NCBI GenBank assembly: GCA_003243275.1
Contig: QFQR01000008.1
Location: 11,618 to 75,617 of the forward strand
From: Leifsonia xyli
GTDB taxonomy: Bacteria > Actinomycetota > Actinomycetes > Actinomycetales > Microbacteriaceae
Length of the DNA stretch: 64,000 nucleotides
Direction: 5' to 3'
Of the stretch, positions 8,741 through 17,219 are shown one piece after another. Below the pieces are notes generated by a model. That model was not told the origin of the DNA and did not search any database. It was given only the letters and a program-made list of their open reading frames with translations. The stretch's first letter is position 1; each line of letters starts with the position of its first letter. The position numbers and the translations under genes are program-made.

Positions 8741-8875
8741 ACCTTCTCGTTATACATTCAAAGAGCTTGATTCGTTTGCTGTGGCGGACCAAGCGGAATG
8801 TGATTGCAGGACACTCTTGGTGCAAGGGAGAGGGTCGGCCGCGCGCCTCTGCGGCCGGCCCTCAATCACGTTAAC
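8707..8875 (-). ncRNA. candidate small RNA (boundaries approximate) in an AT-rich non-coding island
   Basis: No credible ORF lies in 8691-8918. The region holds a 13-bp GC hairpin at 8830-8863 (GAGGGTCGGCCGC/GCGGCCGGCCCTC) and a terminator-like hairpin plus T-run at the minus-strand 3' end. GC content is visibly far below its surroundings. Confidence 0.25.
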
Positions 8876-8918
8876 GCCCGCCATCTCGAGCGTCGGTCGC
8901 GTTCCGTAGGCTGAGCCC

Positions 8919-9359
8919 GTGACCGATCGCGCGGATGCCGTCGACGCCTGGGAGTCCCTCTACCGGGCGCAGGTCGCCGTGCTGCGACAACTGCTCGCCG
9001 AGTTCCCCGACGACGAGGTGAACTTCACCGAGTACGACGTGCTCTTCAACCTCTACCGGCAGCCCGGCCACTCGCTCCGCATCCGCGACCTCAACACGCA
9101 CCTGCTGCTCACCCAGCCGAGCGTCAGCCGCCTGCTCGACCGACTCGCGGCACGCGACCTCGTCGTGAAGCGCCGCGACCCCTCAGACGCGCGCGGCACC
9201 ATCGTCACCCTCACCGACCACGGGGTCGAGGTGTTCCGCCGGGTCGGCGCGCAGCACGCCCGCTCGATCATCGCCCGGATGTCGGTGCTCAGTCGCGCCC
9301 AGCAGCAGCAGTTGAGCGCGCTCACCGACACGCTGCGATCGGGCGCGGCGCCGGGGTGA
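8919..9359 (+). CDS. MarR family transcriptional regulator
   Basis: GTG start. Winged-helix core YDVLFNLYRQPGHSLRIRDLNTHLLLTQPSVSRLLDRLAARDLVVKRRDPSDARGTIVTLTDHG. A 4-nt overlap (GTGA) links it to the photolyase gene. Confidence 0.8.
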   Translation: MTDRADAVDAWESLYRAQVAVLRQLLAEFPDDEVNFTEYDVLFNLYRQPGHSLRIRDLNTHLLLTQPSVSRLLDRLAARDLVVKRRDPSDARGTIVTLTDHGVEVFRRVGAQHARSIIARMSVLSRAQQQQLSALTDTLRSGAAPG

Positions 9360-10702
9360 CCGCGAGCCTCACGCTCGTCTGGTTCCGCGACGATCTGCGC
9401 GTGACCGACCACCCCGCGCTCCTCGCAGCCGTCCAGCGGGGCGCGCCCGTGCTCGGCCTCTACGTGCTCGACGAGCACGGCGAGGGAGTGCGCCCGCCCG
9501 GCGCCGCGGCGCGCTGGTGGCTGCACCATTCGCTCCACGAGCTGCACGCGACGCTCGCGGGTCTCGGCATCCCGCTCGTGCTGAGACGCGGGCTCGCCGC
9601 CGAGATCGTGCCGGCGATGGTGGCCGAGACCGGTGCGGATGCGGTGCTCTGGAACCGGCGATACGGACCCTCCCGAGCGATCGACGCGAGACTCAAGGCC
9701 GGGCTGCGCGCGGCCGGCATCACCACGACCTCGTTCCCGGGCGACGTGCTCGCCGAACCGCAGGAGGTGCGCACGGCATCCGGAACGCCCTACCGGGTGT
9801 TCACCCCGTTCTGGAACACGCTCCGCGCTCTCCCGGTCGCCTCCCCGCTCCCGGCACCGGATGCCATGGTCGCGCCCGCCGCGGAGGCGCCGAGCGAGCG
9901 GCTCGACGACTGGGGGCTGCTTCCGCGCGACCCCGACTGGGCGGGCGGACTGCGGGCCGCCTGGGTGGCGGGCGAGAGCGCCGCGCGGGCGCGACTGGAG
10001 CGGTTCGCCGGCGAGCTCGACGGCTACGCCGACCGCGACCTTCCCGCCGCCGACGCGAGCTCCCGGCTGAGCCCGCGACTGCGCTGGGGCGAGCTCTCAC
10101 CGCGCCAGGTGGCGCACCGCATCCGCCGCGCGGGCGGGCCGCAGGCCGAGGCGTTCCTGCGGCAGCTCGGCTGGCGCGACTTCTTCCGCCACACCCTCTT
10201 CCACGAGCCCCGGCTCGCGACCCGCAACCTGCGCCCCGCCTTCGACCGCTTCCCGTGGGCGGACCCCGATCCCGCCGAACTCGACGCCTGGCGGCGCGGC
10301 CGCACCGGCATCCCGCTCGTGGACGCCGGGATGCGCGAGCTGTGGACGACCGGCACCATGCACAACCGGGTACGGATGAGCGCGGCGAGCCTGCTGGTGA
10401 AGAACCTGCTCGTCGACTGGCGGGTCGGCGAGGCCTGGTTCTGGGACACCCTGGTAGACGCCGACGAGGCATCCAACCCGGGCAACTGGCAGTGGGTGGC
10501 CGGCAGCGGGCAGGACGCCGCGCCCTACTTCCGCATCTTCAACCCGGAGCGGCAGGCCGCGCGCTTCGACCCCGACGGCGCCTACCGGCGACGCTGGGTC
10601 TCCGAGCTCTCCACGGAGGCCTCCCGCGAGCCGATCGTCGACCTCGCCGCATCCCGCGAGCGCGCGCTCGCCGCCTACGCGGCCCTCACCGGCCGCAGGT
10701 AG
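9356..10702 (+). CDS. phr: deoxyribodipyrimidine photolyase (cryptochrome/photolyase family)
   Basis: N-terminal LVWFRDDLRVTDHPAL, and FAD-binding domain motifs TGIPLVDAGMRELWTTGTMHNRVRM and WFWDTLVDAD..NPGNWQW. Confidence 0.9.
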   Translation: MTASLTLVWFRDDLRVTDHPALLAAVQRGAPVLGLYVLDEHGEGVRPPGAAARWWLHHSLHELHATLAGLGIPLVLRRGLAAEIVPAMVAETGADAVLWNRRYGPSRAIDARLKAGLRAAGITTTSFPGDVLAEPQEVRTASGTPYRVFTPFWNTLRALPVASPLPAPDAMVAPAAEAPSERLDDWGLLPRDPDWAGGLRAAWVAGESAARARLERFAGELDGYADRDLPAADASSRLSPRLRWGELSPRQVAHRIRRAGGPQAEAFLRQLGWRDFFRHTLFHEPRLATRNLRPAFDRFPWADPDPAELDAWRRGRTGIPLVDAGMRELWTTGTMHNRVRMSAASLLVKNLLVDWRVGEAWFWDTLVDADEASNPGNWQWVAGSGQDAAPYFRIFNPERQAARFDPDGAYRRRWVSELSTEASREPIVDLAASRERALAAYAALTGRR

Positions 10703-10705
10703 TCG

Positions 10706-11593
10706 TCAGAGCGGAGGCCGCCCGCCGATCATGGTGACGGCCCTCGCGGCGACGCGGACGCCCGTGCGGGCCGCCTCGAGCGGATCACGCGTGCGCACCC
10801 AGCTGTCGAGGAAGCCCGCGGTGAACGCGTCACCCGCACCCGTCGGGTCGACCATGCGGGTGGCGGGCGCCGGCACGTGCACGGGCGCGGCGCCGTCGGC
10901 GACCACGAGCACACCCTCCGAGCCGAGCGTCATCGCGACCACCGGGAATCGCCGCCCGAGCGCGCGCGCAGCCGCCTCCGGGTCGTCGACCCCGGCGAGC
11001 TGCTGCGCCTCGGCACGGTTCGGGAACAGCACCGTCGCACCCTCGATCGCCGCGGCGAAGGCGGCGACCCCGAAGTCGGCGACATAGCCGGTCGATGCGG
11101 GGTTGACCGACACCGGCACACCGGCCGCCGCCGCACGCGCGAGAAGCTCGCGCGTGCGGGTCGCGCCGAAGCCGTCGAGGATCGAGTACCCGCTCACGTG
11201 CAGCACGGCGGCGTCCGCGAGCAGCGCATCGGTGACCGCGTCGACCCGGAGGGCCGCGTTCGCACCGCGCTCGGTGAACATCGAGCGCGTCTCGCCGTCG
11301 ACCAGGATGATGATCGTGCCGGTCGGGATGCCGACCTCCACCTGGAGGTGCGGCTCGACACCCGCCTCGCGGAACTCCTGCTCGTGCGCGGCCGCATCCT
11401 GCACGCCGACCGCACCGACGAAGTCGACCGCCGCGCCCCGTGAGCCGAGCCAGACCGCGGTGTTCGCGGCGGAGCCCCCAGGACGCGGGCGGATGCTCGC
11501 GCTCGTGTCGGTGTCGGGCCGCACCGGACTGCGCGGCACGACCACGATGTCGTTGATGACGTCGCCGACCACGACGATGCGGTCAGCCGTCAT
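10706..11593 (-). CDS. psuK: PfkB-family carbohydrate kinase, probably pseudouridine kinase
   Basis: Ribokinase-family motifs GGSAANTAV and DPTGAGDAF. Start is ATG 11593 (MTADRIVVVGD...), which overlaps the psuG stop (ATGA). The substrate is inferred from that coupling. Confidence 0.75.
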   Translation of the reverse strand: MTADRIVVVGDVINDIVVVPRSPVRPDTDTSASIRPRPGGSAANTAVWLGSRGAAVDFVGAVGVQDAAAHEQEFREAGVEPHLQVEVGIPTGTIIILVDGETRSMFTERGANAALRVDAVTDALLADAAVLHVSGYSILDGFGATRTRELLARAAAAGVPVSVNPASTGYVADFGVAAFAAAIEGATVLFPNRAEAQQLAGVDDPEAAARALGRRFPVVAMTLGSEGVLVVADGAAPVHVPAPATRMVDPTGAGDAFTAGFLDSWVRTRDPLEAARTGVRVAARAVTMIGGRPPL

Positions 11594-12507
11594 CGACGGG
11601 ATGCGAGCGTCGCCCACGCCGTGGCGACATCCGCGGCGACGCGCACATTGTTGCGGGCCAGGTCGAGGTTCACCTCGAGGCTCTTGCCGCCCGAGGCCTC
11701 CACGATGTAGCCGAGCAGGAACGGCGTGACGGCCTTGCCCCGCACGCCTGCCTCCTCCGCCGCGGCGAACGCGGTGGCGAGCACGCGGTCGTGCTCGGCG
11801 GGCTCCCACTGCTGCTCGAGCGGGATCGGGTTGGCGAGCACGATGCCGCTCGTCGAGCCGAAGGCGTCGCGCGCGGCCATCGCGGCCGCGACCTGCTCCG
11901 CCGATTCGACCTTCCAGTCGAGCTCGTAGCCGGATTCGCGCAGCCAGAAGGCCGGGAACATCGTGGTCCCGTAGCCGATCACCGGCACGCTGAGGGTCTC
12001 GAGGCGCTCGAGCGTCGCCGGGATGTCGAGCACGCTCTTGACCCCCGCGCTCACCACGGTGACGGGCGAGGAGGCGAGCGTCGTGAGGTCGGCGGACTCG
12101 TCGAAGGTGGAGGATGCGCCGCGGTGCACGCCGCCGAGCCCCCCGGTCGCGAACACCCGCACCCCGGCGAGCCCCGCGAGGTAGGCGGTGGCGGCGACGG
12201 TGGTGGCGCCCGAGCGGCCGAGCGCTGCGAGCACGGGCAGGTCGCGCACGGATGCCTTGGCGAGGTCCTCTTCGGCGATGCGACGCACGCCATCCGCATC
12301 CAGCCCGATCTGCGGCACCCCGTCGAGCACCGCGATCGTGGCGGGGGTGACACCCCGCGCCCGCAGGATCTCCTCGAACTCGATCGCGGCCTCGTGGTTG
12401 CGGGGGCGCGGGAGGCCGTGGCTGATGATGGTCGACTCGAGTGCGACGACGGGACGGCCGTCGGCGAGTGCGTCGGCGACCTCGGAGGAGAGCTGGAAAG
12501 CGGTCAT
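11590..12507 (-). CDS. psuG: pseudouridine-5'-phosphate glycosidase
   Basis: Colinear PsuG signatures: VALESTIISHGLPRP, ATGGLGGVHRG and VVSAGVKSVLD. Confidence 0.9.
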   Translation of the reverse strand: MTAFQLSSEVADALADGRPVVALESTIISHGLPRPRNHEAAIEFEEILRARGVTPATIAVLDGVPQIGLDADGVRRIAEEDLAKASVRDLPVLAALGRSGATTVAATAYLAGLAGVRVFATGGLGGVHRGASSTFDESADLTTLASSPVTVVSAGVKSVLDIPATLERLETLSVPVIGYGTTMFPAFWLRESGYELDWKVESAEQVAAAMAARDAFGSTSGIVLANPIPLEQQWEPAEHDRVLATAFAAAEEAGVRGKAVTPFLLGYIVEASGGKSLEVNLDLARNNVRVAADVATAWATLASRR

Positions 12508-12609
12508 CCCTCCACGGTAATACGCGCCGCGAGTGGCCAGGTGCGCCGCGGGCGGCGACGGCCCGCTGCTGAGCCGAACGTCGTGCCGCAGTCGGAGGTC
12601 GCGCGTACC

Positions 12610-12837
12610 ATGAGCCCCATGGTTGACAGCGCACTTCTCGAGCAGGTGCTTCGTCTCGACGCCGAGTCGAGACGCGAACTGATCAGCGCCGTCGAGGATT
12701 CGCTCGAGCCCGAGGTCGACCCCGCGATTCTGGCGGAGATCGACCGTCGCCTCGCGATCCTCGGTGCCGGCCCAGCCTCTGACGGGTCGCCGTTGGAGGA
12801 CTTCCTCCTCCGTCGCCGGATCCGCCGTAGCGCGTGA
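12610..12837 (+). CDS. type II antitoxin (addiction-module component, ParD/CHP02574-like)
   Basis: 75-aa product MSPMVDSALLEQVLRLDAESRRELISAVEDSLEPE.... A GGAGG lies 11 nt upstream of ATG 12610. The stop overlaps the toxin start (GTGA). Confidence 0.65.
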   Translation: MSPMVDSALLEQVLRLDAESRRELISAVEDSLEPEVDPAILAEIDRRLAILGAGPASDGSPLEDFLLRRRIRRSA

Positions 12838-13136
12838 CCTGGCGGATCCAGATCCTCGACATCGCTCAGCGGGATTTCGAGGCGATCGAAAGCTACCTGG
12901 ATGAGGTCGCGCCCGAACAGACCGAGCGCTTCATCGACGATTTCGAGGCGACTGTCGGCCGCGTTGCGGAGCAACCACTCCTGCGTCCCGAGATCCGCAC
13001 CGAGGTACGGCGTGCGAGTCTGAGGATCTTCCGCTACCACGTCTGGTATCGGGTCTTCCCCGAACTCGAGTACCTGGAGATCCTCGCGATCCTGCACCAT
13101 GCCCGTGGGCCGCAGGCTTCCGCCGACCGTCTCTGA
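12834..13136 (+). CDS. type II toxin, RelE/ParE family
   Basis: 100-aa product with the ParE-like pattern A..DF..I..YL.......ERF......V..........P......R...IFRYHVWYRV....LEILAILHHAR. Confidence 0.8.
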   Translation: MTWRIQILDIAQRDFEAIESYLDEVAPEQTERFIDDFEATVGRVAEQPLLRPEIRTEVRRASLRIFRYHVWYRVFPELEYLEILAILHHARGPQASADRL

Positions 13137-13137
13137 G

Positions 13138-14841
13138 TTACGACACGCGCTCGCGCGCCGCGGGCAGCACCTTGCCGGGGTTGAAGTTGTCGCCCGGGTC
13201 GACCGCGGCGAAGAGGCCCCGCATCACCGCGACGCCCTCCGGCGAGATGTCCTGCTCGATCCATGGCGAGTGCTCGAGGCCCACACCGTGGTGGTGCGAG
13301 ATCGTGCCGCCGTTGTCGACGAAGGCCTGCTGGATGGCGCCCTTCACGATGTCGTAGTCGGCGAGCATGTCGTCGCCCGCGACGAAGGCGAAGGTGAAGT
13401 AGAGGCACGCGCCCGAGTGGTACGAGTGCGAGAGGTGGCACATGACCCAGCCCTTGCGGCCGATCTGCGCGTAGGCGCCCTCGGCCGCCGCGACGACCGC
13501 GTTGTAGAGCGGGAGCAGCTTCGACCACGGGGCCGCGGTCTCCGACACATCGCCCGCCGCGCCCCGGTCGAGCAGGAAGTCGCGCAGGTACGGGGTGTCG
13601 AACTTCTTCTGGTCGTAGAGCACGCCGGGGCCGGTGCCGACGCCCATGCCGCCGTGCTTCTTGACGATCGCGCCGACGAGCTTCTTCTGCCGCGCCACGT
13701 GCTGCGGCGAGCCCTCGAAGCCGATGAACGAGAGGCAGATGTCGGTGAGCGTCCAACCCTTCGACCGCATGAGCCCCGGCAGCACCTTCTCGGCGAGCAC
13801 CGCATCCATCCCGTGCCGCGCCTTGCTGGTCGCCATCGAGAAGCCCGTCTCGCGGGAGTCGGAGACGCGCGTGATGATGGGGCTCGCATCCGATTCGGAG
13901 ATCGCCTGCATGGCCGAGAGCCCCGCCTCCCAGTTCGGGAAGAAGTACGCCTGGATCTCACGCAGCTCGGCGACCCGGTGCACCTGCGCCGTGATCTCCG
14001 TGATCACGCCGAGGCGACCCTCCGAGCCGACGATCATGTCGCGCACGCTCGGGCCGGTCGACGCCGAGGGGATCGCCGGGATCACGAGCACGCCGTCGCG
14101 ATCCGGATGCGAGGGCCGCACCACGCGGATGCCGCGCACGATCTGCGCGATGTCACCGTACTTGTCCGACTGCATGCCGGAGGATCGGGTGGCCGCCCAG
14201 CCGCCGATCGTGGAGTGGGTGAAGCTGTCGGGGAAGTGGCCGATCGTCCAGCCCTGCGCGGCGAGCTGCGCCTCCAGGTGCGGACCGAGCGCGCCGGCCT
14301 GGATGCGGGCGAGGCCGGAGTCGGTGTCGATGCCGAGCACCCGGTTCATGCGGCCCATGTCGAGCGACACGACCGTGCGCGTCTCGCCGGCGATCGGTTC
14401 GAGACTGCCCGCGATGTTGCTGCCGCCGCCGAAGGGGATGAGCACCGCGTCCTCGGCGACCGCCGCATCCACGACGCGCTGCACCTCAGCCTCGTCGGCC
14501 GGATAGACCACGACGTCGACGGCACGCTCGATGCGACCCGAGCGGATGCGCACCAGGTCGCGCAGGCTCTTGCCGTAGCTGTGCACGACACGCTCCATGG
14601 CATCCGTCGTCACGAAGTCCTCGCCGACGATGCCCGCGAGCACGGCCACGAACGCGGGGGACGCGGCGGAGTCCGCCAGGTCGAACTCCTCGAACGCCGG
14701 CTGCTGCGCGGTGCCCGCCGTCGCGAGGTCGAGACCGACCGCCTGCAGCACGAAGGGGGCGAAACCGGGCTTGTCCTCGTGGTGGAAGCCGACACCGTCG
14801 ATGCCCCAGCCCCACCACTTCATGTGCTCGACGTCGGTCAC
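13138..14841 (-). CDS. FAD-linked alkyldihydroxyacetonephosphate synthase (AGPS) homologue
   Basis: The N-terminal KWWGWG matches the RWNGWG of animal AGPS. FAD_binding_4 region: VVYPADEAEVQRVV...LIPFGGGSNIAGS and GHFPDS..STIGGWAATRSSGM. AGPS-specific loops: SETAAPW, GACLYFTFAF and NGGTISHHHGVG. GTG start at 14841 follows AAGGAGAG and overlaps the upstream stop (GTGA). Confidence 0.85.
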   Translation of the reverse strand: MTDVEHMKWWGWGIDGVGFHHEDKPGFAPFVLQAVGLDLATAGTAQQPAFEEFDLADSAASPAFVAVLAGIVGEDFVTTDAMERVVHSYGKSLRDLVRIRSGRIERAVDVVVYPADEAEVQRVVDAAVAEDAVLIPFGGGSNIAGSLEPIAGETRTVVSLDMGRMNRVLGIDTDSGLARIQAGALGPHLEAQLAAQGWTIGHFPDSFTHSTIGGWAATRSSGMQSDKYGDIAQIVRGIRVVRPSHPDRDGVLVIPAIPSASTGPSVRDMIVGSEGRLGVITEITAQVHRVAELREIQAYFFPNWEAGLSAMQAISESDASPIITRVSDSRETGFSMATSKARHGMDAVLAEKVLPGLMRSKGWTLTDICLSFIGFEGSPQHVARQKKLVGAIVKKHGGMGVGTGPGVLYDQKKFDTPYLRDFLLDRGAAGDVSETAAPWSKLLPLYNAVVAAAEGAYAQIGRKGWVMCHLSHSYHSGACLYFTFAFVAGDDMLADYDIVKGAIQQAFVDNGGTISHHHGVGLEHSPWIEQDISPEGVAVMRGLFAAVDPGDNFNPGKVLPAARERVS

Positions 14842-15593
14842 GGTCTCTCTCCTTCGGGCGACGGATGCGCACCAGGCGCCTGGCCGGGTGACGCGCTCAG
14901 GATACGGGGTGCGTAGGCCTCGTGCAGGTGAACGATCTGGGCGCGCACCCGCCCGATGAAGGCGGCGGAGGTCTCCCCCTCCTCGGCACGCATCGGCTCG
15001 CCGAAGACGACGCCGACCGGCAGCCGCCCGCGCTTGGGCCAACTGCTGCCGCGAGGGTGGGCGATGCCCGCCCCGACCAAGGCGATCGGCACGATGGGCA
15101 CCTCGGTCGCGATCGCGAGGGATGCCGCCCCCGGCTTGAAGTGCCCCATCTCGCCCGTCTTCGAGCGCGTGCCCTCCGGGAACACCAGCAGCGGCACACC
15201 GCGTTCCAGCAGCGACTTGGCCGACACGCTGCGCGGGTTCACCCCGCCGCGGTCGACGGGGAAGGCGTTGAAGAACAGGGCGGTGAGCCCGCGGCGCCAC
15301 CACACGTCGAAGAAGTAGTCGGCTGCCGCGCCCGCGGCCAGGTAGCGCGCGTGCTTGCGCGGCAGCGCGCCCAGCACGAGCGGGGCGTCGAGGTGGCTCG
15401 AGTGGTTCGCGACGGCGACGAAGGCCTTCGGCAGGCCGCGCAGCTTCTTCGCCCCGACGACGGTCACCTTGACGGTCGACCAGGCGACGGGCTTGAGGAT
15501 GCCGCGCTGCGCCACGAAGCGCGCCGCCGCCTGGGTCTTCGACGTGAACCGGTCACGGCGCGGAGTCCCGGGGCCCGCGGCGGTCGTCACCAT
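14838..15593 (-). CDS. PlsC-type lysophospholipid/(DHAP) acyltransferase
   Basis: Acyltransferase blocks NHSSHLDA (HX4D) and FPEGTRS. It is translationally coupled to the AGPS homologue. Confidence 0.85.
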   Translation of the reverse strand: MVTTAAGPGTPRRDRFTSKTQAAARFVAQRGILKPVAWSTVKVTVVGAKKLRGLPKAFVAVANHSSHLDAPLVLGALPRKHARYLAAGAAADYFFDVWWRRGLTALFFNAFPVDRGGVNPRSVSAKSLLERGVPLLVFPEGTRSKTGEMGHFKPGAASLAIATEVPIVPIALVGAGIAHPRGSSWPKRGRLPVGVVFGEPMRAEEGETSAAFIGRVRAQIVHLHEAYAPRILSASPGQAPGAHPSPEGERP

Positions 15594-15602
15594 GCAGCCA
15601 GG

Positions 15603-16373
15603 CTAGTCCCGGTGCCGGGAGCTGGAGATCTTTCGTGAAACCCAGCGCACCGTGCGCGGGGGCAGGTGCCGCAGCCACCAGGTGAGGAATCGGTAGCGCA
15701 GCGACGGGATCGAGACGGCGCGACCGCGTTCGGCATCCCGCAGGCAGGCAGCCACGAGGTCGTCGGCCGACAGCCACAGCCAGGAGGGGATCGAGGAGGT
15801 GCGGATGTCGGCGCGCCCGTGGAACTCGGTGCGCACCCAACCGGGAAGCAGGGCGGTGACCGTGACGCCGGTGCCGACGAGGGCGTTCGAGAGGCTCTCG
15901 GAGTAGACCCGCATCCAGGCTTTGATCGCGGAGTAGAGGCCCATCGAGAGGTAGCCGGCGACGCTCGCGACGTTGATGATGGTGCCGTGGCCGCGCTCGC
16001 GCATCCCCGGCACCACGGCGGCGGCGAGCACGAGCGGGGTCTGCATCATCACCTGGAGGGCGTCGGCCGCCTCGGCGAGGTCGGGGTCGGCGAGGCGCGA
16101 GGTCATGCCGTAGCCCGCGTTGTTGACGAGCAGCTCGACGGGTCGCGAGGCGTCGGCGAGGCGTGCCGCGACGCGGGCGGCATCCGCCGGGTCGCCGAGG
16201 TCGGCCGCGATGGTCTCCACCTGACGGCCGGTGGCACGCAGTTCGGTGGCGATCTCCTCGAGCCGGGATGCGGTGCGCGCGACGAGCACGAGGTCGTAGC
16301 CGCGGGCGGCGAGGGCGCGCGCGAATGCGGCACCGATGCCGGCCGTGCCGCCGGTGACGAGAGCGATGGGCAT
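15603..16373 (-). CDS. classical short-chain dehydrogenase/reductase (SDR)
   Basis: TGGTAGIGAAFA cofactor motif, NNAG, and catalytic YSAIKAW (YxxxK). Start is ATG 16373 (MPIALVTGG), 9 nt upstream of the acyltransferase gene. Confidence 0.85.
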   Translation of the reverse strand: MPIALVTGGTAGIGAAFARALAARGYDLVLVARTASRLEEIATELRATGRQVETIAADLGDPADAARVAARLADASRPVELLVNNAGYGMTSRLADPDLAEAADALQVMMQTPLVLAAAVVPGMRERGHGTIINVASVAGYLSMGLYSAIKAWMRVYSESLSNALVGTGVTVTALLPGWVRTEFHGRADIRTSSIPSWLWLSADDLVAACLRDAERGRAVSIPSLRYRFLTWWLRHLPPRTVRWVSRKISSSRHRD

Positions 16374-16410
16374 GGGGTTCACCCTACGGTTCGTCGCGCA
16401 GCCCGTGCGG

Positions 16411-16779
16411 TCACACCTCGACGACGTCGACGTAGCGCCGCGCGGTGCGCGCGAGTTTGCGGTCGGCGGTGAGGAGCGGCGCACCGAGCGCCTCGGCGAG
16501 CGCCACGTAGGCCGCGTCGAAGGTTGTGATGTCGTGGCGGAGCTGCCAGATGCGCGGGAGCAGCAGGATGTGGTCGCGTCGCTCGATCTTCAGCCCTGCG
16601 TAGATCTCGATGCCCTCGCGGGCGGCCGATGCCGTGATCGCCCCGCTCAGCATCAATCGCCTCCAGACGCCGAACACCTCCAGGTCGACGACCGAGGGTG
16701 CGACGATGTCGCGCCCGTCGAGCACCGGCTGCGACGCGAGCAGATGCTCGACGAAGACACTCGCATCGACGACCCGCAT
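16411..16779 (-). CDS. vapC: PIN-domain toxin VapC
   Basis: MRVVDASVFVEHL... gives the N-terminal acidic residue, and ...FDAAYVALAE...LLTADRKL gives the PIN acidic residues. The start overlaps the vapB stop (ATGA at 16779). Confidence 0.8.
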   Translation of the reverse strand: MRVVDASVFVEHLLASQPVLDGRDIVAPSVVDLEVFGVWRRLMLSGAITASAAREGIEIYAGLKIERRDHILLLPRIWQLRHDITTFDAAYVALAEALGAPLLTADRKLARTARRYVDVVEV

Positions 16780-17048
16780 CAGTACTCGCGAGGGCCGAGG
16801 CCCTCGTCCCAACCCGGCATCTCCTCATCGCGCGCTTCGTGCAAGGCGCGCAGGATCGTCTCCCGGTCGACCCGCGGCAGCCGCCGCTCGGCCTCCGCGC
16901 GGATCTCGGCCATCGTGCGGTACTGCACGAGCTTCGCGAGCTCGCGCGCGACGTAGTCCGACAGCGTCATCCGCTCGGCGGCGGCGCGCTCCTTGAGCTT
17001 CTCGTGCACCTCGTCGGGGAGGTTCCTCACCTGCAGCATGCGGGCCAT
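16779..17048 (-). CDS. vapB: ribbon-helix-helix antitoxin VapB (FitA/Arc-like)
   Basis: MARMLQVRNLPDEVHEKLKERAAAERMTLSDYV is the typical RHH N-terminus of plasmid-stability-type antitoxins. Confidence 0.75.
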   Translation of the reverse strand: MARMLQVRNLPDEVHEKLKERAAAERMTLSDYVARELAKLVQYRTMAEIRAEAERRLPRVDRETILRALHEARDEEMPGWDEGLGPREY

Positions 17049-17058
17049 CCCGGCAGAC

Positions 17059-17075
17059 TACATGTGCTCCACATG
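17059..17075. promoter_or_regulatory. candidate VapB operator: two ACATGT palindromes 11 bp apart
   Basis: ACATGT occurs at 17059-17064 and 17070-17075 (one helical turn apart), 11 nt upstream of the vapB start, in the divergent intergenic region. Confidence 0.3.
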
Positions 17076-17219
17076 TTGTGCCATCGCAATCTGTGGATAA
17101 CATTGGCTGGCAGGCTGCGGTGAGGGGTCGCCGAAGGCACCAACGGAATGCCCGGTGCGCTACGGTCGAATCCGGGCGCGCCCTTCGCCCGCGCCCGCCG
17201 CAGGAAGGCCCACCACCCC

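Noticed and set aside
10706-12634. A single 642-aa ORF spanning the kinase and psuG region, and likewise 13138-15303, 5602-6894, 17078-20335, 23875-25590, 37045-38529, 40480-42183 and 56671-59151.
   Set aside because: Only the C-terminal part of each has protein-like composition. The N-terminal extensions run through neighbouring genes in another frame or strand. Starts were reset to internal ATG/GTG codons that give family-typical N-termini, often with RBS or start/stop coupling.
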